Assembly: GCF_006345805.1 (NCBI RefSeq)
Contig: NC_043003.1
Location: forward strand, 66,898,001 to 66,962,000
Length of the DNA: 64,000 nt
Direction of reading: 5' to 3'
From: Octopus sinensis
Lineage: Eukaryota
Under the pieces are notes generated by a model. It was not told the DNA's origin, did not search any database, and worked only from the letters and a program-made list of their open reading frames with translations. A program made the position numbers and the translations under genes. Position 1 is the stretch's first letter. Each line of letters opens with the position of its first letter. Positions 52,838-64,000 of the stretch are shown piece after piece.

Positions 52838-53075
52838 CATTATTTACATTTGACGGATATTTGTCCTCATCTTTTTTGTTATCGCAACATTTCGGTTGAT
52901 ATACCCTCCAGCCTTCATCAAGTGTCTCGGGAAAATTTCAAATCTGGGTTCTCAATCCTAAGGTATTTTTCGATCTTCTCTTCTTCTTCTTCTTCTTCTT
53001 CTTCTTCTTCTTCTTCTTCTTCTTCTTCTTCTTCTTCTCTTCTTCTTCTTCTTTCTTCTTCTTCTTTCTTCTTCT

Positions 53076-53115
<40 letters not shown>

Positions 53116-53424
53116 CATTCAGGTAACTGCCTGGAATCGAATCGAAGCCCACGCCCATAACCACTACGCCATATGCCGGCAGTGATGAAGGCTGGAGGGT
53201 ATATCAGTCGAAGCGTTGCGTTAACAACAAACAAGATGAGGGTTGTTGCTGATCGGAAGAGGTGACCGTCTGGAAAGGATGTGCTCCTTGCTCCTTTCTG
53301 CCAACAGGTAGCCCCACGCCAACCGGTGCGTGATCGACTCTACACGGCCGGCGTGTCTCCGACTTTCCGCTGCCACCCCACTCTTCCCAAAATGAGGACA
53401 AATAGCCGTCAAATGTAAATAATG
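52838..53424. mobile_element. inverted pair of family B repeats, each with a hammerhead-like motif
   Basis: The minus copy reads TTGATGA-A-GGCTG(GAGGGTATAT)CAACC-GAAA and the plus copy GTGATGA-A-GGCTG(GAGGGTATAT)CAGTC-GAAG. The spacer contains (TCT)n(TTA)n. Confidence 0.7.
53242..53391 (-). mobile_element. 150-bp GC-rich insertion, probably a retroposed 3' tip
   Basis: Flanked by an atgagg duplication (53236-41, 53392-97) inside family B. The minus strand ends in cagcaacaac. Confidence 0.6.
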
Positions 53425-54061
53425 TATGTAATTCCTCATCTCTTGAATATAGAACTGTACCTTCTTAAAACTGTCAAAAATAATAAACGTATTATTATCA
53501 ATAATATTAAACGTATCAGGATTAATAAAAGTTATAATATACAGACAACTTTAAAACGAACAACAGCAACAGTAGGTAGAAATGTCTTTCAGCATTTCTC
53601 GCAAATTCTCTCGGTGTTTGTATTATTTATATTTATAGTTCTTCGCATGTGTGTGTGTGTGCTTGAGTGTGTGCGTGTGTGGTGTGTGTGTGTGTGTGCG
53701 TGTGTTTGTGGGGGGCGTATGTATTTGGGTAAGCAAAGGTATGATGTGAAGAAAATGGAGATTGTGTGAAAAGAAAAGGGAAAAGAGAGAAAGAAGAGCA
53801 CAGAAGTATAAGGGAGGAAAGGGGTGAAAACGTAAAGGAGAGTAAGAAAGTTAGGGGTGAAGAGGGGAGTAAATAATAGGGAGTAAGGGATAAAGAGTGG
53901 GGAAAGGAGATAGAAAGTAAGCGAGCAGATACAGAGAGAGAGGGGGAGAGAGAGGGGAGACAACGAAAGAGAAGAAAGAAAAAGAGAGATTCAGAATTGA
54001 AAGTTTTAGGAGAGCGTGAGAGAGCGCAAAGAATGAGAGAGAGAGAGAGATAGATAGATAG

Positions 54062-54098
<37 letters not shown>

Positions 54099-54244
54099 AA
54101 GAAAGAGAGAGATTGAAGAAAGAAATGGGCAGGAAAGAGACAGAGATTAAGAGAGATTGAGTTTTTGAACGAAATAGGAAAGAGGGAGAAAATATGTGCG
54201 TGTGTTTGTATGTGTGAGAGATAGAGATAGATAGATAAATAAAT

Positions 54245-54276
<32 letters not shown>

Positions 54277-54303
54277 TAGGATAACGAGGTGAAAAATATA
54301 CAA

Positions 54304-54403
54304 NNNNNNNNNNNNNNNNNNNNNNNNNNNNNNNNNNNNNNNNNNNNNNNNNNNNNNNNNNNNNNNNNNNNNNNNNNNNNNNNNNNNNNNNNNNNNNNNN
54401 NNN
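54304..54403. other. assembly gap (100 N)
   Basis: Run of exactly 100 N. Confidence 1.
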
Positions 54404-54556
54404 TAGACATATATATATATAAAAATATATATGTATATATGTATATATGTATGAATGTATGTATGTATGTATGAATGTGTGTATGTATGTATGTATGTAT
54501 GTATGTATGTATGTATGTATGTATGTATGTATGTATGCATGTGTGTATGTATATAT

Positions 54557-55901
54557 TCCAGCCGATCACACTCACTCATATCATCGAGATATTTGAAAGG
54601 ATGGTGAGATCATGGATAATCCACTTTCTTGAAAGCGACAGACTGCTGAATCCCAACCAACACGGGTTCCGTAGTGGAAGAAACTACCTAACGCAGCATT
54701 TTGAGAGCTTTGGAGAGGACTCGAATACTGATGTCATCTACCTTGATTTCAGTCAGGCCTTTGACAAGGTGGATCATAAGATGCTCTTGAAAAAAAAAAC
54801 TGTCCAACGTTGGTGTTTCTGGAAAGTTACAAAAGTGGATCAAGTGTTTCCTGACAGGCAGAACCCAAAACGTTGTAGTCGAAGGAGTAAAATCAAGCTC
54901 AGCCAAAGTCAGTAGTGGTGTTCCACAAGGCATTGTGTTGGACCCACTTCTTTTCATCATATACATCAATGACAATACTGGCATCATCAAGCACAGCAAC
55001 ATAAGAATCTTTGCAGACGATTCCAAGATCCAGAAGGTCATCAATGAAGTGGGTGACTGGGCATGCCTTCAGTCAGATCTACTGGGTGTCATCCAATGGG
55101 CGGAAAAGAATATCATGCTGCTGAACGAGGATAAATTTGAGTTAATCCACTTCTGAAAAGAGGATACCCTGAAACGCCCATACTCCCTTCCTACAGGTGA
55201 AATTCTCATGGCATCCAACAACATCAGAGTCTTGGGAGTTATTGTGGACAACAACATAAGCTAGGCCGCACATATAAACTGCAAATTTAAAATGGCGCGC
55301 AGAATGTGTTTCTGGAATCTCAGAACTTTCCAGTCGAGAGTTATCCACACCATTATCCTTCCCATCTCTACTTTTGCCCGACCCCACCTTGAATACACGA
55401 AATAATCTATCATGAAAATTGAAGCACCTCAAAGGTCAATTACAAAGGAGATAGATGGCATGACAGGCCTGACTATTGGGGTCGATTAGAAAAGCTCAAG
55501 CTTTATTCTTTCCAAAGCCCCCATGTGCAGTACATCATCTGCATGATGTGGAAAATGTTTCAACAGCACTGCGCAATTGATGTTGGCATCGCCTTTAAGA
55601 TATACCCAAGACTTGAACCCTGTGCTATCCGCCCACAGCATAAATCATACTCGCATCACATAACAATACGGCTGAATTATTTCACCTTAAGTGGCCCCGC
55701 TCTCTTTAACAATACACCAAAAGCACATTAAAGGAGAAACAGAACTTAAATGAATCCCGGATAAACCTCCTACACCCAGATATGTCTCCGTAAACAACAA
55801 TTCTCTCCTCGACTGGGCCATGTTGTCCGATTCCTGATTTGAATGACTTTGCTATTAAGTTAGACATGGCCTAGGACAATAATGGCCGAAACCTATCAAA
55901 G
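54557..55901 (+). mobile_element. 5'-truncated, decayed CR1/L2-group LINE reverse transcriptase
   Basis: NQHGFRSGR; DVIYLDFSQAFDKVDH; SGVPQGIVLDPLLFIIYIND; IFADDSK; RPHLEY-like. Frameshifts and stops throughout. Confidence 0.9.
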
Positions 55902-55936
55902 TATATATACACACACACATACATACATACATACAT

Positions 55937-56043
<107 letters not shown>

Positions 56044-56137
56044 ATCCAACCATGAAAATAAAAAGAGAGAACACAACAATGCGAGAATTTGGAACAAGTA
56101 TAGTATAATTGGACGGTCAGGAAAGAGGGAAGGTAGG

Positions 56138-56175
56138 AGGTTTTACCGATTCGAGCGGAGCTCTTCGTCAGAAAC
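56138..56175 (-). ncRNA. minimal type I hammerhead motif, family A variant
   Basis: GTTT-CTGACGA-A-GAGC(TCC)GCTC-GAAT-CGG-TA-AAAC: perfect helices I and II and a canonical CUGACGA, but A15.1 is mutated to T. Confidence 0.6.
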
Positions 56176-56307
56176 ATAGGAAAATGAAAGATCCAAAGAA
56201 GGGAAGACGGAGGAAAAAAATCGCCAACGGGACACACGCGGTCACAAACATGAATATGCGCGCACAAACACACACACACACACCCGTGTACATATATATA
56301 CAAACAC

Positions 56308-56338
<31 letters not shown>

Positions 56339-57636
56339 TTACATTCATGTGTGTGTACTTACTTAAGCAGGCAGACATACTCATCTATATATATGTGAAA
56401 TCAAATTTGTAAACAATACACCATTGTACTGATTTTTTCTTACATTTGGGGAGGTGAACTATTTTTTTTCGAAAATAAGATTATTTTAAATTTTTTTCGT
56501 TTTCGTATTGCACTGACTTGAAAGGCATGTATTGAACCTGTAGAGATTTTTTTTCATCTGTGACCCACATGCATGAATAACTGGATTAAAATATACATAC
56601 TTCAATAGTTAGGTACAGGCGCATAGACACTGACATATATATGCGGGAATTTCTATGTATTTTTGTTCATAAACTTTTTTAAAAATACATAAAATAGAGA
56701 ACTGTATATTTATTCTTATCACGGCATTGTTCCTAAGCGTTTAGCGTCGAATGCCAGTCATGCAAATTGAGTTATTTGCGAAAAAGGAGAACGGAATTTA
56801 TAAAGGAAAGCGTACGATCAAAACAAACTTGGGGGAAAATACTTCAAAATTTGATGTTAGTGCATTAGAAAAATATTTATACAATGTGGAATAAAGAGTA
56901 TTTTTTTCAGATATAGGGCACATACGTGTCGGTGTGGTTGAAAAGCTTGCTTTCCAATCGTCTGGTTTCGGATTCAGTTCCAATGTGCGGCATCTTGTAG
57001 TCTTCTACTACAGCAGCCTCAGGCCGACCATAGCCTTTTGTGTGGGTTTGTTGGAGAAAAACTGAAAGAGACCCGTAATGAATACCTGCACACACACACA
57101 CACACACACACACGCACGCACACACACACATACACATTTACAGAAACACGGACGCAGACACACGCATAGATGTATATACATACATATATATATACATATA
57201 TAAATACATATATAGATATATATATATATGTATGCATGTATATATATATATCTGCACACACACACGCACACATACACACACACACATATATATAACAAAA
57301 TTAATTGGGTGGCTTATTAGCTATTTAAACCTAAAGGCAAAATTAATAGAGGTTACAAAAGAGACGGAGGGTATTGACTTTGCCTTCCGGTTCAATTAAA
57401 TAACATATTTGCACACACACACACAGACGCACAAATGCATATGCATATATCGTGACACTCCGTCGGTTGCGACGACGAGGGTTTCACTTAATCGGATCAA
57501 CGGAACAGAATGCTCGTGAAATTAACGTGCAAGTAGCTGAGCACTCCACAGACACGTGTACTGGTTGTAGTTCTCAGGGAGATTCAGAGTGACACATAGA
57601 GAAACAGGCAGACTGTTTATTTATATATCTATCTAT

Positions 57637-57692
<56 letters not shown>

Positions 57693-57720
57693 CCGGCAGA
57701 CTGACAGACAGACATACATG

Positions 57721-57761
<41 letters not shown>

Positions 57762-57788
57762 TGATTGATAGACAGACAGACAGACAGG

Positions 57789-57874
<86 letters not shown>

Positions 57875-60329
57875 CACATACAGATAGCTGCCCTCATAAA
57901 ATATATGTATAAAATCATTCTTCGATATGTGTGTTAGAATGCAAAAATGAAGCGTTTAAATTTCCAACAAATTTAACTTTAATGAATGTTAGAAATTAGA
58001 ATTGATAATTGTCTTTCGCATCGCCAGAAAACAAATAAAAAGTAAATCAACTTGAATAATGATTAAACAGCAATCATCATAAACCCCTTTCATCGCTACC
58101 ATCACCAACACCGCCAGCACCAGCACCAGCACTGTAACTAATATTATCTTTATGATCATCACCATCACCGTCTCTACTTCCCGTATCTACATTGTCGTCT
58201 TCTTTAATCTGCACCACAATGCATATGACTGCAAAAATGTAACAAAACAGAAAAATTTAAACAAATGTAGATGTGTAAAAAATGGAGGAAGGTATTGTAG
58301 AAAATGCAGGTTCATACAAGCATATAATATATGTCCTTAAGTATATGCAGTTGTGTTTATAACCTTGGGCGTATGTCTACTCTATTACATGCAAAATTAT
58401 TCAGTCACATTTTTCTGATAACGAAACAATGGCTCCTTTTCTGCTCGAAGGAAAAATGTTGAATGATAAATGAATAAATAAATAAATGATGTATTAAAAT
58501 GAAGTGATTAATTAATTAAGTAACTAATTACCCATGCAATGATAGTAATAGTTATATTAATTTGAATTAGATTTCTTCGAATTGTGTTTGATCTCACGGA
58601 AGTAGAACATTCTAGCCAAGTTTAAAAGTTAATTAAAGAATGTTTTTTAAGAAAAAAACAAAGAAGAAATCATTCTTAATTTTAATAGAAGCTGAAGACG
58701 GTATGGACATAACCAAATAAATTGCCAGAATGAATTTTTATGCTACTTTAATTGCCATTTGATATGTCCAGGACTCAAATTCGGAATTTCTGCTTCATCA
58801 TTATGAGTGCGGTTGTCAACAAATATATAGCAGTTTTGTATTGGGGTTAATAGATCGTAAATATAATCATTTATTTTCTGCTTTTGTTAGAAATCTTGTC
58901 ACCGGGGTGCTATGAAGGCGGTGAGCTGGCAGGACCGTTAGCACGCCGGACCAAAAACTTAGAAGCATTTCGACAGTCTTTATGTTCTGAGTTCAAATTC
59001 CGCCGAGATCGACTTTACCTTTCATCCCCTTCAGGCTCGAGGAACAAAGTACCACTTGAAAACTAGGGTCGATATAATTAACTAGAGAGACCCCTCTCCC
59101 ACAAAACTTTCAGGCCTGGTGCCTAATCTAGAAAGGATGACTGAATTGACAGAATAGTTAGAGCCTTGTATTTGTTCCGACGCTTTACATTTTCAGAGGA
59201 AATATGTTTGATCGATCCGGAAAAGATAAAATAAAGTAAAAGTCGAGCATTGAGATTCGATGTCAGCGACTAACCTCCTCCTATTCTAATTTGTGGCTGT
59301 CTGGCTACGTTAAATATAGCAACAGATTAGTAAAACCGTCAGACCAAAGAAGGTATTTACACACACACACAAACACACACATAAGCATACATACATACAT
59401 ACATACATATATATATATATATTGGTGGCATTCCGTCGGTTGCGACGACAAAGGTTTCAGTTGAACCGACCAACGGAACAGCCTGCTCGTGAAATTAACA
59501 TGCAAGTGGCTGAGCACTCCACAGACACGTGTACTCTTAACGTAGTTCTTGGGGGATATGCACTGTGACAGAGAAACAGGAAGAAAGAGTGAGAGGAAGT
59601 TGTGGTGAAAGAGTACAGCGCAGTATACTCTGTGAGCGAGGTCGAGTTGCTATCATCTCTAGCCAGCGATCGTCCTGGACTGAGAAAGGGAAATTTCCCA
59701 GAAACCATTGGTCCGCACGTATCGCTAAGGCTGGACGGAGAGCATTAGATCACTTGTTCACAGTATGTGTGTGTCTGTACAGAGATCTTCCTTTAAGTTA
59801 TTATACTATATCGGAGAATATCTACGAGCCATGCTACTTAAGCCATTATCATTATATACAGAGGTATTTTACACAGATACCTGAACACTGAAACCGTATG
59901 AAGCAAGAAGAATGGCAAGTGTTTTGTCCGATGCGCTATCGATTCTGCACTCTGATACTTGTATTTACCGGTACTGAAGAGTTAAAACGCAAAGTTGAGA
60001 TTACTGAGAATTGAACCCTCCATGAAGACAACCTAAAATATACTACACACTAATGTCGTAACAATTGCGTCAAATCGCAATTTCTGAGTGGTTCTCTTTG
60101 TCAATCGGGAAAGGATGAAAATGAAATGTGAATTCGCTAAAATTTGATCTCAGAATGCTAAGAAGAAATAAACTCTATTCAATGCACACCTTTCGCCTTT
60201 TATCATTTATTTCTTTCAGACATTGGACTGCGTCCATACTGGGTTACTGTAGAACAATACGCCACCAGTATATATGTCTTTTTTTCCCTTAAGTCTGGTG
60301 TGTGGTAATTTTTGTTTCTCTATAATTTT

Positions 60330-61527
60330 TGTTTCAGAAAATAATAATGGCGAACACTAAGCTTACTCGAGAAGTGAATAGGCATGCTGTAAATGCGAGT
60401 AAAAAGGCTGAGCATAGCGATTTAGAAATATCTCGATTTTTAAAAATGGTCAGCTCGTTCGTCCACAAAGTTTGTAAGGAGCTAGAGAGTGAAGAGGGAA
60501 AGATATCACCAGCACCAAAGCATAAATAGCATTCTAAACGCGCTGAAATCATCAGAACGCCTGAATTTATCCAGCAAGTTCAACAGACAATTGATTACAT
60601 TCGCAGAAATCCCATGAGGTCAGTTGCAAAAGATCTCCATGTCTCAGAAGGAACATTCAGAAATGATGTCCACGAAGGCATCAGATATAAGACGTATTTG
60701 ATGAGGTAGAGGTCAATATGTCAGAAAAAGCAAAAGAAAATGACTACATCAGATCTAAAAGGTTCTTAAACAAACTGAAACATCCAGCGGATGAATATTT
60801 GATATGTTTTTTTTTTCAAGCGAGAAAAACTTCGACCAAGATCAAAAAGTTAACACAAGATATGACAGATGATTATGTGCGGACCATTTTGAAGTTCCAA
60901 GTTTTATGCATACAAATTTTCCTGCAACTGTGATGGTTTTAGGGGTTGTCATCAATGAAGGACATATGATTCCTTAATTCTCTCCACAATGTCTAAATGT
61001 TAACTCTGCCTCCTACATTGAGGTCCTGCAAGTAATTTTCAAACCCTGGATAGACAGAGTATGCAATGGAAGGCTATATGTGTTTCAGTAAGACTCTGCA
61101 CTACCACACATGGCTCTTGTAACACAGAAATGGATGACTGAAACCCTTCATGATCACATAACCCCTATCATTTGGTCGCCTAATTCCCCGGATCTCAATC
61201 CACTGGACTATTACATGTGGAGCGTTGTTGAGAGAGACGTCAATGAACACGCTCACAACACCAAAGATTCTCTGAAAGCTGCCATGTCCAAAATTTATGT
61301 CCAAAAATGATGTCCAAAATTAATCAGGACCTCTTGAATCGAGCATGTAAATGATTTACATCTCATATAGGAGCAGTTGTAGAATCTGAAGGCGGCTTTA
61401 TTGAATGACATTATAGAAAAGTTTTATTTTTAACATCATAACATTTTTTGATTAATAAAGTTATCTGTTATCATGTACCTGTTTTTTTATAAACATAAAT
61501 ATGTCTTCAAATATCTTACACACCCTG
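60330..61527 (+). pseudogene. decayed DD37D (maT) Tc1/mariner transposase with 3' TIR
   Basis: FS(S)EKNF; VMVLGVV.NEGH; YVFQ*DSA...WSPNSPDLNPLDYYMW, with 37 residues between the second and third D. In-frame stops are present. The 3' end acacaccctg-TA is the reverse complement of TA-CAGGGTGT. No 5' TIR was found. Confidence 0.9.
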
Positions 61528-61542
61528 TATATATATACATAC

Positions 61543-61610
<68 letters not shown>

Positions 61611-61647
61611 ATATACATATACATATTTGTATATATCTATATCTATA

Positions 61648-61700
<53 letters not shown>

Positions 61701-61830
61701 TATATATATATATATATAATATATATACATACATATATATGCATGAATGTATGTATATATTTGTGTGTCTGTGTTTGCTCCCCCACCATCGCTTGAGTAA
61801 CGACGTTCGTATGTTTACGTTTCTGTAAAT

Positions 61831-62259
61831 TAGCGGTTCGGCAAAAGAGACCGAGAGAGTAAGTAGTAGGCTTACAAAGAATAAGTACTGGGGTCGATTT
61901 GTTTGACTAAAGGCGGTGCCCCAGCATGGCCACAATCAAATGTCTGAAACCAATAAAAGAGTAAACTGTTAAGTTACGGGTCCCGTCAGAAAAAAAAAAA
62001 AACTAGCGACAGTTGCGAGAAGACAAACACAAATATACATTCATAAATAGACATATACCACAGGAGGTGGTTGTGTGGTAGGTTGTCTGCTTTCCAACCA
62101 CAGGGTTCTTGGTTCAGTTCAAGTGCCTGGCTCTTTGGACAAGTGTCTTTTACTATAACCTCGGGCCGACCAAAGCCTTGTGAGTGGATTTGGCAGTCGA
62201 AGACTGAAAGAAGCTAGTCGTAAATACATATATACATGTGTGTGTGTGTGTATGTGTGT

Positions 62260-62292
<33 letters not shown>

Positions 62293-62785
62293 TGTGTGTG
62301 TGTCTATGGCCCTCACTGTCGCTTGACAATCGATATCGGTGTGTTATGTCTCCGTAACCTAGCGGTTCGGCAAAAGAGACCGAGAGAGTAAGTAGTAGGC
62401 TTACAAAGAATAAGTACTGGGGTCGATTTGTTTGACTAAAGGCGGTGCCCCAGCATGGCACAATCAAATGTCTGAAACCAATAAAAGAGTAAACTGTTAA
62501 GTTACGGGTCCCGTCAGAAAAAAAAAAAACTAGCGACAGTTGCGAGAAGACAAACACAAATATACATTCATAATAGACATATACCACAGGAGGTGGTTGT
62601 GTGGTAGGTTGTCTGCTTTCCAACCACAGGGTTCTTGGTTCAGTTCAAGTGCCTGGCTCTTTGGACAAGTGTCTTTTACTATAACCTCGGGCCGACCAAA
62701 GCCTTGTGAGTGGATTTGGCAGTCGAAGACTGAAAGAAGCTAGTCGTAAATACATATATACATGTGTGTGTGTGTGTATGTGTGT

Positions 62786-62818
<33 letters not shown>

Positions 62819-62903
62819 TGTGTGTGTGTCTATGGCCCTCACTGTCGCTTGACAATCGATATCGGTGTGTTTATGTCTCCGTAACCTAGCGGTTCGGCAA
62901 AAG
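61831..62903 (+). repeat. ~527-bp tandem duplication with breakpoints in SINE family 2 copies
   Basis: tagcggttcggcaaaag occurs at 61831, 62360 and 62887. ORFs 62119..62316 and 62645..62842 are identical. Confidence 0.9.
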
Positions 62904-63957
62904 TGCTCGATAGAATAAGTACTAGGCTTATAGATAATAATTGCAGGGAGTCGATTTGTTCGACTAAAGGCGGTGCTCCAGCAGGGCTACAGCCAAATTA
63001 CTGAAACAAGTAAAAGAAAATGCATACAAATATATATTTAAACACATACACGCACACATACAGACAAACGTATATACACATCTATATGTATAGAGTGTTT
63101 GAAGTCTTGTACAAACATAGTATATTAAGGAAATGGAGGCAGTCACAAATTTGGATAATTCTTTATTAGCTCTTTCGTTCGTTTAACCGAACTCTACGAG
63201 AGAAATTAAAACCAAGTGTGGAGGAGTTGCGATAAACGAACGAAAGTGCTAATAAAAAAATTATCCAGAATTCTGATTGCCTCTTTTTTCTTAATACACA
63301 CGCAGGTACACACAAATATACATATATACAACGAGCCTTCCACACAGTTTCCCCTTAACCAAATTCAATCACAAGGTGTTTGCCGAAGTAGGGGTATAGT
63401 AGAAGACACCAAAGATGCTGCGCCATGAGATCGAAACGGAAACAATGGGGGTTGCAAATCGAATTTCTTAAGCACACAATCGGGCATGCGAGGCGAGCTT
63501 AGTAAGTTTTACTCATTCCCAGATACGAGATGATATGAACTGAAAGCCCGTGTAGTCAAAATACCATGCAAAACGCTTAGCTACTCTTTCTGTGTTTGAG
63601 AATACAATAGAGAAAACGAAACATATGGCGCGGAAATTGTGCTTCCTTTATTTCTTATTCAGCTCTTCTTATGTGTAGAACAACTGTGGAGTTATGTAGA
63701 AGTCTGTCACCGGGAAAACGGATGGGAGGGCCATATTTTCATTGTCGGTATTTTAACAACAAACTCAGCTTTCAGTTACGAGACATTGGCAGGGAGAACC
63801 GCTCCGCGGGAGATTGTTGTTTTCAGTTCCTCTGTTCTTCTTTAGTGTCAGCTTACCAATGTTTTTAATATTATTATTTTTTTTTTATCTCCTTATCTTT
63901 TTGATCGTTCAGAATAGCTGTTCTGTAAATTTACTTGAAGAAAGGACTATTGTATTT

Positions 63958-64000
<43 letters not shown>

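Noticed and set aside
55862-55900. GGCC...GGCC-GAAA hairpin at the CR1-type LINE 3' end as a hammerhead
   Set aside because: No CUGANGA core; more likely the usual LINE 3' stem-loop.

Overview
AT-rich, microsatellite-saturated eukaryotic (metazoan) non-coding DNA. The tRNA-derived SINE families and repeat landscape look like an octopus genome (inference from recognition, not verified). No intact protein-coding gene, rRNA, true tRNA or CRISPR array is supported. Nearly all ORFs in the track are translated microsatellites. The window is a mosaic of three SINE families and decayed LINE fragments: CR1/L2-type RT, RTE-X, R4/Dong-like and HERO/NeSL-like restriction-like-endonuclease tails, and a LINE-like 3' end with C2H2 fingers. 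It also holds DD37D (maT) transposase relics, mariner and hAT MITEs, and a 100-N gap. The most notable signal is several unrelated non-coding repeat families carrying type I hammerhead-ribozyme (HHR) folds in tandem and fold-back arrangements, as in Penelope-like pseudo-LTRs and retrozymes. The best case is a 566-bp tandem-plus-inverted insertion at 35755-37005. It is bounded by a 15-bp direct repeat and has two near-canonical HHRs 566 nt apart on the minus strand. Two low-confidence candidate exons (16469-16519, 51377-51499) hint at a long-intron host gene.
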